Source: Hyaloraphidium curvatum SAG 235-1 (taxonomy: Eukaryota; Fungi; Monoblepharomycota). From it: 64,000 bases of DNA. The DNA lies in the NCBI GenBank assembly GCA_025558095.1, contig JAIVFI010000020.1, forward strand, positions 62,001-126,000. The letters are read 5' to 3'. A program made the translations under genes and the position numbers. Positions 1 through 11,686 of this stretch are shown here, piece by piece. The notes under the pieces are model-generated. The model did no database searches. It saw only the letters and a list, made by a program, of their open reading frames with translations, and was not told the DNA's origin. Position 1 is the first letter of the stretch, and the number at the start of each line of letters is the position of its first letter.

Positions 1-2
1 GG

Positions 3-1052
3 AAAGCCACTGAGGGGAAGCTGATCGGCGTGCCGGTGCCGTACGGGCTCAACGTCAGCTGCGCGGTGGAGCTGGAGGTGTCGAGGTTGCTCCGGCCGAG
101 GGGGGAGCTTCTGCGAGCCGCGAAATGGCTGCTGTGGAACTTGATCCTCAACACCCGTGGCATCTCTGCGGAAGAAGCGACGGCGCTCCTCGGACGGACG
201 CCTTCCCTGCCGGACCTCCGATCGCCCGCCTACGCCGGCTTCCCCGGCCCCGGCCCCGCGCCGATCCTGCTCACCGCACACATCCGAGGCTCCATCGACC
301 ACCGCATTATGTGCCGGCATAAGATGCGGTTCCCCCTCTGCGGCACGACCTTCGGACGCGCGACCGATTTTCTCGTGCGGCGGATACGGGAGATCGGATG
401 CGGGCACGGGGCGGTGAGGGTGTTGCTCGCGGGTGAGACGCTGGGGAACCCGGCGTTCCAGCACAGAGAGGGGGCAACGGTGGTCAGAAAGGGCATGGCG
501 GAGCTCGCGGTGGGAGCGTGCCCGCCCAGGGTGCTCTCGACCGGCGGCGACCTCGCCTCGCTCTACCCGGCCGTGCTCTTCCACCCCTCGCTCGCGTTCT
601 CTGTCGCTAACGAGGACCGGGAAGCCCACCTGAGGATTTCGGGCGCCATCCTGGACCAGATCCTGCTCGCGTGCGGAGACTTCCTCGGGAGGGCTGGAGG
701 CGGCTTCTTCCAGACACGGGAGTCGAGCTTTTCAGCACGCGCATGGGCGATGGGCGCCGCGGTGGGAGCCGAGGTGTGCCTCCCCTCGGCTTTCGCCCCG
801 ATCGAACTTTCGGCGGAGATGACCGTTGACGAGCAAGCATTCGAGGCCGAGGCGATCGCTTTCTCGGGTGCGGATTTCTCGCGCCCCTTTTCGGCGAGGT
901 GCAAAACGCGTACGACGCTCAGACCGGGAGAGTCGGCCAACGGGTGCTCGTCCAAGGGCAGGTTCCTGCCGTCGCTGACGTGGGAGGAGAGGGATGCGCT
1001 CCCTGATGACACTGACATTTGCCCGGGCTGCTTCGCCAAGGAACGGTGGTGA
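3..1052 (+). CDS. O-fucosyltransferase-like (GT-B) protein, 5' end outside the window; paralogue of the next gene
   Basis: Aligns by eye with 1209..2825: LNVSCAVEL/LNLSCASEL, RFPLCGTT/RYPLCGTT, CPGCFAKERW/CPACGEGKW. ILDQILLACG..GFFQTRESSFS resembles the O-FucT 'DQxIc..FiGt..SsFS' motif. Confidence 0.55.
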   Translation, partial: KATEGKLIGVPVPYGLNVSCAVELEVSRLLRPRGELLRAAKWLLWNLILNTRGISAEEATALLGRTPSLPDLRSPAYAGFPGPGPAPILLTAHIRGSIDHRIMCRHKMRFPLCGTTFGRATDFLVRRIREIGCGHGAVRVLLAGETLGNPAFQHREGATVVRKGMAELAVGACPPRVLSTGGDLASLYPAVLFHPSLAFSVANEDREAHLRISGAILDQILLACGDFLGRAGGGFFQTRESSFSARAWAMGAAVGAEVCLPSAFAPIELSAEMTVDEQAFEAEAIAFSGADFSRPFSARCKTRTTLRPGESANGCSSKGRFLPSLTWEERDALPDDTDICPGCFAKERW

Positions 1053-1208
1053 TTAACGAAAAATGTAGAGCTGCGCTTTTCTTGCTGAAGAAACGGAGCG
1101 ACGCTTACCTGTTCTATGCCGAGGACGGGAGACGGGCGGGGGTTCTGAAGGAGCGTCTGCTGTTTGTCCGCTCAAAGACGCCCTCCCCCACTTCAGGGAT
1201 CGCGGGCC

Positions 1209-2825
1209 ATGCCGCCTTTCCGGCGCCTCCGCCGGCTCGCCGTCCTTGTGCTCTGGATTTCGGCCGGCTGGTTCGCCGCGGACGCCCTCCGCCGCGGCCG
1301 CCGGGCGCGCGCGCGCGGGCCTCCTCCCTGCGTGCTCTTCGCGGCGCCGGCGCGGGGCTCGCACTCAGACCAGCTCATTGCCGCCGGGCGGACAATTGCG
1401 GTGGCCAGGGCGCTGGCTTGCAGGGTGCTGCCGCTCTTTTTGGCGCCCGGGGTGGACGCGTGGACGAAGCAGGAGACTTGGGATGTGCCGCTGGACGCGT
1501 TCTACCAGGCCCAGGACCCGTCGATTTTCTGGGACATGGGCAGTAAAGCAGATCTTCGGGCGGTGGGAACCGCCGTGGAGGCTTCGGGGGTGCCGCCTCG
1601 GACACGGAATGGCCCGGGAGGAGTCCTCCCGGCCAGGCATGACCTGGGCCTGCACCAGACCCGGAACGAGCACCCTTTGGCGATTCCTTGCCTAGTGGGG
1701 GAACACTCTCTGGACGGTGATCCCCCCGGAGGCATCCAGCAGCCCTTTTCCTGCTCCAAGTCGGCCGTGCTCGGATCGTGGGCTACTCACCGATCCAACC
1801 CCGACGCGCCGCCCTCCGCGGAGCTCTCGGCCCTCCGTGCGAACTACAGTGGCATGCTACTCGGTCTCCCCGCTCCGCGGACGCTGAATCTCAGCTGCGC
1901 CTCGGAACTGCGCGCCGCCTCGGAGCTCCTCCCGCGGACTGAGCTCCGCTGCGCCGCCAAGTTCGCCCTCTGGAACGCGGTGCTCCCCCTCCGCAAGCCA
2001 CCCCCCGGGAAATCCCCCTCGGAGGCGTTCCTCGCCCGTCTGTGTCTGTCGGAAGCCGGCGTGGTTCACCCCCTCTCCTCGCCGCAGTACGCTTCGTACT
2101 CTTCCCCCAACCCGCGCCTCGTGACCAGCCATGTTGACGACTCCCCCTCCCACCTCGCCTACTGCAACAACCGCCTGCGGTACCCCCTGTGCGGCACCAC
2201 CGCCTTCATGGGCGCATTGGGCACCAACGACGAGCTGGAGAAGGCATCGGGCATTGGGAGGGCCGTCGCGTTCGTGGCTGGCGACGTGGACGAGGGCAAG
2301 CCGCCCGTGCGCAAGGGGGTGGCGGCGAGGGCGGCGAGGCTGCGGGCGGCGAGGGCGGTGTTTGCGGGGGACCTGCGGGCGGCCTACGCGGGGCTGCTGG
2401 CGCATCCGTCGGTCAACTTCACGGGCGACGCGGGGATCGCGACCGAGATCGTGGAGCAGATGATCCTCGGCTGCGGCGTGCTCTCGGGCGGGTTCCTGCG
2501 GACCTACGGATCGCCGTACTCGATGTGGGCATGGTTCATGGGCCACGCGCTGCCGGACGTGTGCCTACCCACGGGCGCTTCACCCGCCCCGATCGCACGG
2601 ACAGCGGGCGACGAAACGCGGCGGGAACTCCGCCACGCCAGCCTCGCCGGCGTCGACTTTTCTGCCTCGTTCCCCCGGCGGAACGGGACCCGGCGGGCAA
2701 CGCTTGGCAGCGGCGCCTGGGCGGCGGGGTGCGAGAACGCGGGGGAGCTTTTGCCCAGCAGGCCGTACTACGACCGGTCGGTAAGCAAGCGCGATTGCCC
2801 GGCGTGCGGGGAGGGGAAGTGGTGA
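1209..2825 (+). CDS. Type II membrane O-fucosyltransferase-like glycosyltransferase
   Basis: Basic N-terminus and signal anchor (RRLRRLAVLVLWISAGWFAA). GSHSDQLIAA..AVARALACRVLP resembles the N-terminal O-FucT motif; IVEQMILGC..FLRTYGSPYS resembles the C-terminal one. Confidence 0.55.
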   Translation: MPPFRRLRRLAVLVLWISAGWFAADALRRGRRARARGPPPCVLFAAPARGSHSDQLIAAGRTIAVARALACRVLPLFLAPGVDAWTKQETWDVPLDAFYQAQDPSIFWDMGSKADLRAVGTAVEASGVPPRTRNGPGGVLPARHDLGLHQTRNEHPLAIPCLVGEHSLDGDPPGGIQQPFSCSKSAVLGSWATHRSNPDAPPSAELSALRANYSGMLLGLPAPRTLNLSCASELRAASELLPRTELRCAAKFALWNAVLPLRKPPPGKSPSEAFLARLCLSEAGVVHPLSSPQYASYSSPNPRLVTSHVDDSPSHLAYCNNRLRYPLCGTTAFMGALGTNDELEKASGIGRAVAFVAGDVDEGKPPVRKGVAARAARLRAARAVFAGDLRAAYAGLLAHPSVNFTGDAGIATEIVEQMILGCGVLSGGFLRTYGSPYSMWAWFMGHALPDVCLPTGASPAPIARTAGDETRRELRHASLAGVDFSASFPRRNGTRRATLGSGAWAAGCENAGELLPSRPYYDRSVSKRDCPACGEGKW

Positions 2826-2879
2826 TGGGCCGCCTCATCAACATTGTGTAGCTCTTTCTGCCTGGTAGACGCCGCCCGC

Positions 2880-3539
2880 CTACTCGCTCCACGTCTCGCG
2901 TCCGGGCACCACCACCAGCGTCTGCAACGCCGTCGCGCACAGCTCCATGTCCCCCTCGCCTAGCACCGCATGTTCCCAGTCCTCCTCTCCGTCGCCCAAT
3001 GGGGCCGAGAACAGCTCTCCTCGAACAACAATGACGTTTTTCCCCGCGCGAACGAGCTGCGCCCTCGCGACGGCGAGGTCGCCCCTGGCCCCCTTGAGGA
3101 AGTTGGACGACATCTGCGCCGTAACCACCATCCTATCCGCCGGGAGCACAGTGTACGCGGCCTTTCCACCCGCAACGTCGAGGGCGGCAAGCACCGCGCC
3201 CCCGTGCACCACGCCACTTGGGTTTGCGTATTCTGCTCTGCCCGACGGGAACCGTAGCTCGCAGTAGCCCGGGCCCACGGTGTGCAGCCGCAGGCCGAGG
3301 TGCGCGATGAACCCCCGGCGGAAAGACTCGGCGATGCGGCGGGCGTAGTCTGCATGAACGCGCGAGGGGGGCACGGGGGGGCCGGTGTACCAAGAGGGGG
3401 GCGGGGGGGAGGAGTCTCCGTGGAACAGGCGTGAGAAAGAGGGAAATGCTTTGGAAGGGGGTTTGGAGGCCGGGTTGGGCACGAGCGGGAGGAGTGTGCG
3501 GGGTCCGAGGAAGCCGGGGAGCGTCCGTGGCGGCGGCAT
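2880..3539 (-). CDS. PaaI-family hotdog-fold thioesterase
   Basis: NPSGVVHGGAVLAALD motif; VVTAQMSSNFLKGAR..ARAQLVRAGKNVIVVRGEL. Confidence 0.9.
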   Translation of the reverse strand: MPPPRTLPGFLGPRTLLPLVPNPASKPPSKAFPSFSRLFHGDSSPPPPSWYTGPPVPPSRVHADYARRIAESFRRGFIAHLGLRLHTVGPGYCELRFPSGRAEYANPSGVVHGGAVLAALDVAGGKAAYTVLPADRMVVTAQMSSNFLKGARGDLAVARAQLVRAGKNVIVVRGELFSAPLGDGEEDWEHAVLGEGDMELCATALQTLVVVPGRETWSE

Positions 3540-3636
3540 GGCACAAAGCACAAGGGAAAGAGCAATGGACCCCGGGAAAAGTGTGGCAAAAGGCTCGGCT
3601 TCCCGAAATCCTCCAGGGAGCCAATGGAATGGAATG

Positions 3637-3845
3637 AACGGAGCGAGAGGAAGGGCTTGACGCTACCCTGTAAACAACGTGTGGCGACTCGAAGCCCGAC
3701 CACCTCTCTCGCCTCTATGGAGCACCCGGAGCCCCTGACTGGACGCATCTTTCGCGCCGCTGCCTCGGCTGGCTCCGCCGTCCGCGTCTCGCCCATCTTG
3801 CCCAAGCTGATCCTCAACATCGCCGAGACGCTCCGCCCGCAGCAC
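3637..3845 (+). pseudogene. Truncated F-box gene 5' fragment (upstream region plus first codons); direct repeat of 7118..7330
   Basis: DNA aacggagcgag..aagggcttgacgctaccc..tatggagcac is shared with 7118. Reads MEHPEPLTGRIFRAAASAG..PILPKLILNIAETL, then loses similarity and stops. Confidence 0.6.
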
Positions 3846-3992
3846 TCAAGGGTAGCATACGGAACCGGATCAGATTCCTCCTTTGGAGGACATTGTTGAG
3901 GGATCATGGCTAACTGCTGCTCTGATTATGCTCCTCATTTCATTGTAGCGATATCAGTGTACTTGCGTAACACGTCATCTACCGCGCACACA

Positions 3993-6726
3993 TCACGTCA
4001 GCACCATGAGCCAACGGTTGAGATCGTCGTCCTCCCTCATCGCGCTGACCCCAAACGCACAACGCGCGAACCTCCAGCACAGCTCCCCGTCCCTCCGCCC
4101 CAGCTCCTGCAGCCCTTCCGCGTCCAGCGACCACAGCACCGAGTCCTCGTTGGCCACCACGGTAACGAACCGGCGGTACCGCCCCAGGAATTCGAGCTCC
4201 CCGACGAAGCACCCCGGGAGCAGGGTGGACACGGTACACCTGCCTCGCCCACAGTCGAGCTCCACCCACGCATCCAGGCACCCCGATTCCAGGATCCAGA
4301 GCCGGTCCGCCGGCTCCCCTGGCGAGAAGAGCGGGGACCCTGCCGCGAGCTCCTCTCGCCTGAAGCTGGCTGCGATTGACGCCGCCTCGGCGGGGGAGAG
4401 CTCCTCGCCCGCGCTCCGCACCGCCTCGCGCAGGATTCGCGCCGGCTGCCCCTGATCCGGCGACTCCGCATCGTCCGGCGTGCCCGCATCCTCCGGCATC
4501 CCCTCCCCGTCCCCGACCGCCCCCCGCTGCCCGCCGCGTTGGTCGTCCCCGCGCCCTTCCCGGCAGAATCGCTCGATCACCTCGTTCTCGGCGTGCTCCA
4601 GCGCGAGGTCCAGGCTCGCGAACGCCCCCGGGCTGGCCGCCACCGCGTTCGCGCGCTCGAGCTTGGCCCTCGCGCGGGGGGACGCGGCCGCGACGAGGAG
4701 CTTGCATCCCACGGAGCTGCGTCGCGGATGAGCATTCGCGGCCAAGCGGCCACCGGTCCTCCACCCACGCGAGGGAATCCCTGGCCGCCGCCAGCCCCGC
4801 GCAGAAGCTGTAGTCGATGCCCGACGCCCTCTCGAGGTCCACGACCAGCACCTCGACCGCCCACTCCCCCGCGACGACCGTTCCCACCAGCCTGTCCAGC
4901 GCCGGCAGGTTCCCGAAGAACAGCGCCCCCTGCATCCTCGCCACCCCCACCCGCCACCCTTCCCTGTCCAGCACCCTCCTGTGCGCCGCGGGGCGGGCGA
5001 CGGAGCTGCGCGCCCTGCGGACCGAGTGCACCGCGCGCACGGGGTCCTTCCTCCCCTGCCAGACGGCGAAGGTGACGCAGGCCATGCCGAGGCCGACGGC
5101 GATCCCCGTGGTGAAGTCGACCAGCCCCATGACGAGCACGAGGACGAGGATGGTGAGGTACTCGAGCGCCGTGACGTTGCCGAGCGTCCCCACGAGTGCG
5201 TCGCGGAGCAGCCCGAGGCCGATGTAGAAGTTGACGGCGCCCACTACGAAGGTTGGGGCGCCGTAGGCCGCCGCGGGGCCGAGCCAGAGCATCGCGGCGT
5301 CGGCGGCGAGGATGGCGAGGCCGGTCAGGCGGGTGCGGCCGCCGCCGGATTCGTAGAGCGCCGCCGAGGCGACAAAGGTCATGTTTGTCGGCATGCCGCC
5401 CGCGGCCGCCGAGACGAGGTTGGAGACGGCGTGGGCGTGGATCTCGCGGTCAAAGTCGACGGGGGTGCGGGCCGAGAAGGCCACGGCGGGAACGTTGATC
5501 GGGACCTGCAGCAGGGAAAAGAAGGTGGCGGCGAAGAGGGTGGGGACCAGGGCGCCCAGGGCACCGGCGTCGACGAGGCCAAAGTCCCAGATCGCATAGT
5601 AGGGCGCGAAAGGGTTTGCCTGCATCCCATCCGAAGGCGGTAGGTCGTAGAGCCAGCCCTGGGCCCTAAGGTCGGCAAAGTCGGCCCGCGTGGCCGCGAC
5701 GACGACGTAGAAGATGACGAGAAGGAAGACGTAGTACGTGGCGGTGAGGCCGTACCACTTGATGAACCTGGCCAGCGCGAAGAGGACCAGCGCGGCGCCC
5801 AGGGCCGGGCCCCACACCAGCGCCTTTCCGGCGGTGAAGAGCGCCGGCACGTCCGAAAAGGTCAGCGGGCTGATCCCCGAGGTGATCTCAAAGGCCGTCC
5901 TGACGAGGTACAGCCCGATCCCCCCGATGACGCCCGTCAGCACGTGTAGCGGGAACAGCGAGACCAGGAACCCGGCCCGGAAAAGGCCCAGCAGGAAGAA
6001 CGAGACGGCCGACATGATGGTCACCAGGCAGTAGGCGAAGAGGACCGTGGCCACGGCGGCCGGGCCACGGAGCTTGCCGCCCTCGTAGCCGGCCACGATC
6101 TCGGACATGAGGAGCATCGAGGGCAGGATCTCCAGAACCTGGGTTCCGACGGCGCCCTTGAAGCCCGAGAGGAGCGTCATGGCGGCCTGGCAGGTGAACT
6201 GGGAGAAGTAAAACAGGAAGACGCCGAGCACAACGAGGTTCGGGGCGCCGTCCCCCGGGTACAGGTCCTGCGGTAGCACCAGGGCGCCGAAGGTGATTGC
6301 CTCGAGCGAGTTGAGGATGAGCGCGACGACGATACCGGGCGCGCTGGCCAGGAGCTCCCTGCCGGCGCCCTGCCGCGGCCACGAGGGTGCGAACGGCAGG
6401 CTGGGCCAGTAGAGGCGCCCCAGCGCGCGCGACAGTCTCGCCGAGATGGGGGCGCCCGGGGCCGCCGGGCGCTTCCGGCGCAGGTCCGGCGGGGCGTGCG
6501 TCGGGTCGGCGTCGGGCGCGGCGTGCCACGGCGCCGGCAGCGGCGTCCGCCGCATCTCCTCCAGCGCGATGCGCCGCGACTCGACGTGTGTCTCCGCATC
6601 CCCGGCCTCGACGTCCGCCTCCGCAGAGCCGCCCTCGCCCTCGCCCGGCCCGCGGTACGCCCGGCGCAGCTTGTCCCCGTAATCCAGCGCAGGCGAATCG
6701 GGGTCGCGGCCGGGCCCGGCGGGCAT
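3993..6726 (-). CDS. SulP/SLC26-type transporter with STAS and cNMP-binding domains (yeast Vsb1/YGR125W-like architecture)
   Basis: Many TM segments, DFDREIHAHAVSNLVS, STAS (MQGALFFGN..VVDLERASGIDYS), cNMP domain (LFSPGEPADRLWILESG..GCFVGEL). GT-AG intron 4717..4768 joins the two ORFs in frame (DSLA|SVGCKLLV). Confidence 0.9.
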
Positions 6727-7117
6727 CGGGGCACAGATCGGATGCCAAGTTGGGATGACCAGGTGGGCGCGGGGAACGTCGGGAGGGGGCTGCGGGAGTC
6801 GGCGACCCTGGCGATGCCGGACGAATTATCGCCCGGGGTGCGGTGCGGCTGGAGGCCCTTGCCAACCTGGCGGATACCGAGGGCGAGGAGGGCGACGATG
6901 GGCCGGGACAATATTCGGAAGATGTGCCGGATCCGGTGGAGCGGGATTGGCACCGGGGGGGATGAGATTGCGCCGTTGGAGAATGTCTGGGAGGCCGAAC
7001 TCCGGCCAGAACCGGTGCTAGAGTGCGCCCGATGACCGGTTGGTTGTCGGCCTCGACCCTTTTGGGCGGGTTACTCGGGGTCTGAATAGTCTCCAGAGGA
7101 CACCGGAGAGGGAGCGG

Positions 7118-7752
7118 AACGGAGCGAGGCGAAGGGCTTGACGCTACCCGTAAACAGCGCGCTCTTGGTCGCCTCTCCCGTCCCTATGGAGCACGAGGAG
7201 CCCCTTACCGGACGCGCGTTCCGCGCCGCTGCTTCGGCTGGTCCCGCTGCCCGCGTCTCGCCCGTCCTGCCGAACGAGCTGCTCCTGCAAATCGCCGAGA
7301 ACCTCCCGCCACGCTCGAAGCGCGAGTTGGCCCTCGCGTCGAGACGTGCGATCGTTCTTGCGCTGCCTCTGCTCTTTGCGACTGGTACGGAGAAGGGGAC
7401 GGGGACGAGGGCTGGGATCAGGGGTTGGTGCCCCCGCTGGAGGGCATTGATTCCGATTTCGGCGGCGACGACGGGAACGGGCTGGAGGAGCTCGAGCCGG
7501 ACGGGGTGCCCGAGCGGGGGGCCAACTTTCCCCAGCTTGGGCCCCTGGATTCCGACAGCGACGACGGGCCCGGGCTTTAATGGCTCCGTGCAGGAGGGTG
7601 ACATGACCAGGCTGAGAACATTGGCCAGGAGGGTCAATCCGAGCCCGGCGATTGTGAAGATGTTGGGCGAGGGCAATCTCGAGCAATATCTGAGTGCGAA
7701 CGTGCTACAGAGTGGCGGAGCGAAGGAGGGACGTAAGGCGTGTGACGTATGA
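7118..7752 (+). pseudogene. Degenerate F-box gene
   Basis: ATG at about 7187; F-box-like VLPNELLLQIAENLPPRSKRELALASRRAIVLALPLLF. Downstream sequence looks frameshifted: an acidic peptide appears in another frame. Confidence 0.55.
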
Positions 7753-8472
7753 AGCAGCGCGAGGCAACAAATGGGATGATTCGCGCAGCGAAATGCGTTG
7801 GCCATCGAGGATCGGCCGCGATCCCAGCAGGTCGACCGAACGATGATTGTTCCAACTGAAACCTAGGATCCGGTGGCAAGATTCGAAGCGCGTGGACGAG
7901 TGCCGACAGTTGTCCCGAATGTGCCAAAGCCGACGGCCTTCTGAGGCTGCGGGAGGTTTCTACGAGATGTGCCACTGCCCCTACGTATCTTTTTTGATGA
8001 GGGAACTTGGAGCGGGTGAACTTGCGGATCGCGCAATCGGTTTCCGGCCGCCCGAGCGGCGATCGGCCAGGGAAACCCCGCCCGAGCCGCAGCGGACCCC
8101 CACGCCAAGGCTCGCGACCCGGCCCTTGCGGCAGATTGGCGTCAGGACGATCAATTCGTTACCAGGAGGTGTCCGATCTGGTTCCCGTGTTGCCCGGCGC
8201 GTCGCCGACCGGCCTGCGGGCGGAGTTGCGCCCAGGCGTGCGGCCGAGACCACACGACCTTCCCGATCGGCCCGAACCCGAAGACTGGCGGGATGCTCTG
8301 GGCTCCCAGCGAGCTCGGAATGACACTTTATCATTGCGCTTGAGCCTGCTCGCAACAGGATAGAATTGCTCCGGTGATTCTCTCTCCGCGAGTGAGTTAC
8401 GGCGCTTCGGGTGGCTGACGCGTAGTCGCGCACGGCCGCTCCGAAGGGACTCGTCGGCTTCGCGCTCCAGCG

Positions 8473-10996
8473 ATGGGCGACGGGCGCGGGGGCCGGCGTG
8501 CCGCGGGCGAGCATCTCAGAGGCGGCGGCGGCAGCGCGGCGCGCGTGGCCGCCGCGCCGCGGGCGAGCTGGTGGGCCGCGCCGCGTGGCCGACTCGCCGA
8601 CGGCCAGGACTGACCGCCGCCCCGCAACCCGACCGCGGATCCGCACCGCTCCTGCCAATCTGCCCCGCGCTCACCGCCTCTTTCTCGACCGCCCACCCCG
8701 CGCGACCGGCGTCCCGCACCTTGCCGCCGTCCCCGAAACAGCGAGCAGTGCAACCGCCTGAAGTGAGCAATCCGCGCCGCTCGGCTCTACGGAGCTCGGA
8801 CTAAAAGTTTCTACTAGGAAAAAATGCTTCTATGCCGGCGCGAGCGAGACGTGCGAGCGGTGCAGGCGATTGGGGCACCTTTGCACGCCGCAGACCTCGC
8901 AGCTCAGCCGGCGGGCGCGGGAACAGCTGCGCAAAGCGGAGAGGGCGCAGGCCACGGGCGACACGGGCGGGGCCTCGCCGCCGGAGGACGCCGAGTCGGA
9001 CACGGCGGGTGACGAGCCTTCGGGGCTTGCGGCCGAGGATGGCGGATCAGGCAGGCCACCCTCGCTCGAGGTCTCGGTCGCTTTGGCTTTGGCCAGGGGG
9101 TTCTCGTCGGCTTCGGCGGGGATGCCATGCTCCGCCGGGGTCGCCAACGCCGACTCGGGCGTCTTGTTTGGCTGGTCGCCTGTTTCCCGGCTGCCGGGTT
9201 CACCAACCTCCAGCATTCCGCTTGCCGTGCCGCCCGATTTCCTCTCGCCCCAACTCCAAGCGCGACTACCCTCTCCATCGCCCGAAATGGCGATCTACGC
9301 GGGGCTGGACCTCCCTGGTGAGTTCAACCTGCCTTCTTCGTCCAGGTTTGAACTAATTTCATCTAAGAATCCCTCCTGGACGCCGTTGCCGCATACTGGG
9401 AGACTTTTCATCCCCTTTACCCCGTCCTTCACCGCGCAACTTTGGAGGCCGCGCTCTCCCGCCCTGGCTACACGCCCTTCGGCGCTCACCGCCCCCTGGC
9501 TCTCCTTCACGTCGTCGCCGCCATCGGCCTCCGCGGCCGCCCGCTCGACGGCCCGGACGAGGCGGAGCGGCTCAGAGCCGCGCGGCACTGCATCGAGCGC
9601 GCGCTGCAGATGCTCGCCGCGGGCTACGTGGCCCACCAAAACAGCGCCGCGTCGGACGGCATGCCTTGCGGGCAGCCCGACCCCCCGATCTCGGACCTTG
9701 AAGCCGTGTGCTGTATCGGCATCATCGTCGCCGTGCTGGTCCCCTCGGGCATGCCGGACAGGTGGTTCCCCCTCCTCCGGTGCGGCGTGCGGGCCGCGCG
9801 CGCGCTGTACATGCGGTGCCACGCCGGCCCGCCCGCCGACGCGCGCGAGTGGGTCGGGGGGGAAATGGCGGTGCGCAACTGGATCGGCCTCTGCTCGCTG
9901 GACCTGGGCATGGCATACCATTCCGGCGCCGAGCCGGTCGGGAGGTATTTCTTCCACCACCGGATGCGGCTGCCCGCGCACGAGCGGTTCTGGGACCACC
10001 CCAACGCCGAGGTAGCCTATGGGATGGTGTTTGGGCCGGGGGGCATCGGGCCCGCCTACGTGGACTTTGCCGCGCCGGACCGCACGTCGGGCCCGCGGCT
10101 CATCTGGGAGCTGATCCACCCGATTTTCGATCGTCGCGCGAGCATCCTTGCGGCCTTCCACCTCTGCAACTACCTGCGCTACCTCCGCATGCAGATCTTC
10201 CTTTTTGGCCGGGACCGCGGGATCGAAAGCACCCCCGCGCTCGCCAACGCCCAACGGACCCCGGACGAGACCACCTACCTCCGCCGTGTGGACCTCTTCG
10301 AAACCCTCTGCGCGGAAACTCACCGCGCCATGCCCCCCGAGATCGGCGCCGCCCTCGCCCGCGGCGACCCGCGCCCCTTCTACGCCCGCGCCCCCTCGTT
10401 CGCTGAGCACCCCCTGCAGGCGCACCAGCTCATGACCTTCCTCCTCACCGTGCGGAGCTACTCCGTGGAGCACTACCTCCGCGACGCCCCCGGCACCGGC
10501 CCGATCCCGCTCTCCCCCGCGGAGCTCGCGCGGGTCGCCGCCTGCGCCGCGGCGTTCGCGTCGGCCCTGTCCGGCCCGTACGCGGACCGCGCGGACGAGA
10601 CGCCGCACAACTACCTGCTCCTCTCGCCGGCGTTCAAGGTCGGGAGGGCGGCGCTGGCCGCTGCCGCGGGGCCGGGGATCGCCGGGGCGCAGGAGGAGGA
10701 GGCGCGCGCGGCGGCGAGGGCGGTGGCGAGGTGCTTGGACGCCGTTGGGAGGAACGTGGGCCTGCAGAGTGAGTGCCGTTTGGGGATGGGAAGGCGAGAT
10801 TGCTGACGGACCGTCGGCGGTGCTAGCGCGCAAGGTGGCTGCTTCCTTCCGGAAGGCGATGAGGGAGCTGGGGATCGACGTCGCGTCCCCGCGGGTGCCG
10901 CACGATGCCGAGGCGGGGGAGCCGCAGGCGTCCGAGATAGGGGGGACTTTCCTGGACGTGGTGGTCAGGAGCGTCGCGACGGTTTCGGTGCGGTGA
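8473..10996 (+). CDS. Zn(II)2Cys6 fungal transcription factor with middle homology region
   Basis: Removing introns 8571..8741 and 8763..8817 gives SCEQCNRLKKKCFYAGASETCERCRRLGHLC. After intron 9318..9367: AAYWETFHPLYPVLHRATL (Fungal_trans-like). Last intron at about 10769..10826. Confidence 0.9.
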
Positions 10997-11262
10997 GGCG
11001 CCCCGGATTGCAGGAGGGGACCTGCGCTGGGCATCCCACGAGGCTGCTTGCCAAGATCTGATAACTCTGGTCAAACGCAATTGCATGGCTATGTACAAAC
11101 TGGCCCTCCAAGTCCAGCCCATGGCGAAGATGGTCCCTCTCCTCCGAACGACGAAGTAGCAGCTCCTTGCCCTCAGCTATCCTACACCAACTCTCCAACC
11201 GCGCCCTTCTTCCGTCCCTGATCGCAAGCGGCAGATCCCCGATCCACGGCAATGCCCACTCC

Positions 11263-11686
11263 TCAAGGAGGGTTCGAGAATGTCCGGGCGTGCAAAGGCG
11301 GGCGTGGCCCCGCCGCGACCCCGTACGGGGCAAAGTTCGGAGTCCTCCTGGCGCCGCTTGCCGGCTGCAGCTGCCAGCCCGCGTCGTCCGAGTCTGTCCC
11401 CGCCTGCTCGGGGCCTCCGATCCCCGGCTCGGGCGACGGGGCAGCCGTCGACGCCGAAGACGCGCTGCCCGCGCTCAGCGCCCGCGGCCGCCCCGGCGGG
11501 AACCCCTCCAGCCTCGCCTCGCCCGCCGCGAGCATGTCGCTGAGCCGGCACACGGGTCCGCAGTACAACGCCGCCTGGGTTCGCGCGGGTCAGCTGGAAT
11601 CGGGGCGGGCGGGGGGAAGCGGGACGCACCGGGTCGCCCTCGCACTTCCTGGAGCACACGGAGCACCACGAGAGGTGGTAGTCCAT
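11263..11686 (-). CDS. Ecl1-like small zinc-binding protein (extender of chronological lifespan family)
   Basis: Intron 11575..11629 gives MDYHLSWCSVCSRKCEGDPAALYCGPVCRLSD, matching the CxxC..LYCxxxCxxxD pattern, followed by a low-complexity tail. Confidence 0.7.

Noticed and set aside
7780-8050. Cys/His-containing short ORF (CRQLSRMC..EMCHCPY)
   Set aside because: Does not match a defined zinc-finger or transposase pattern.
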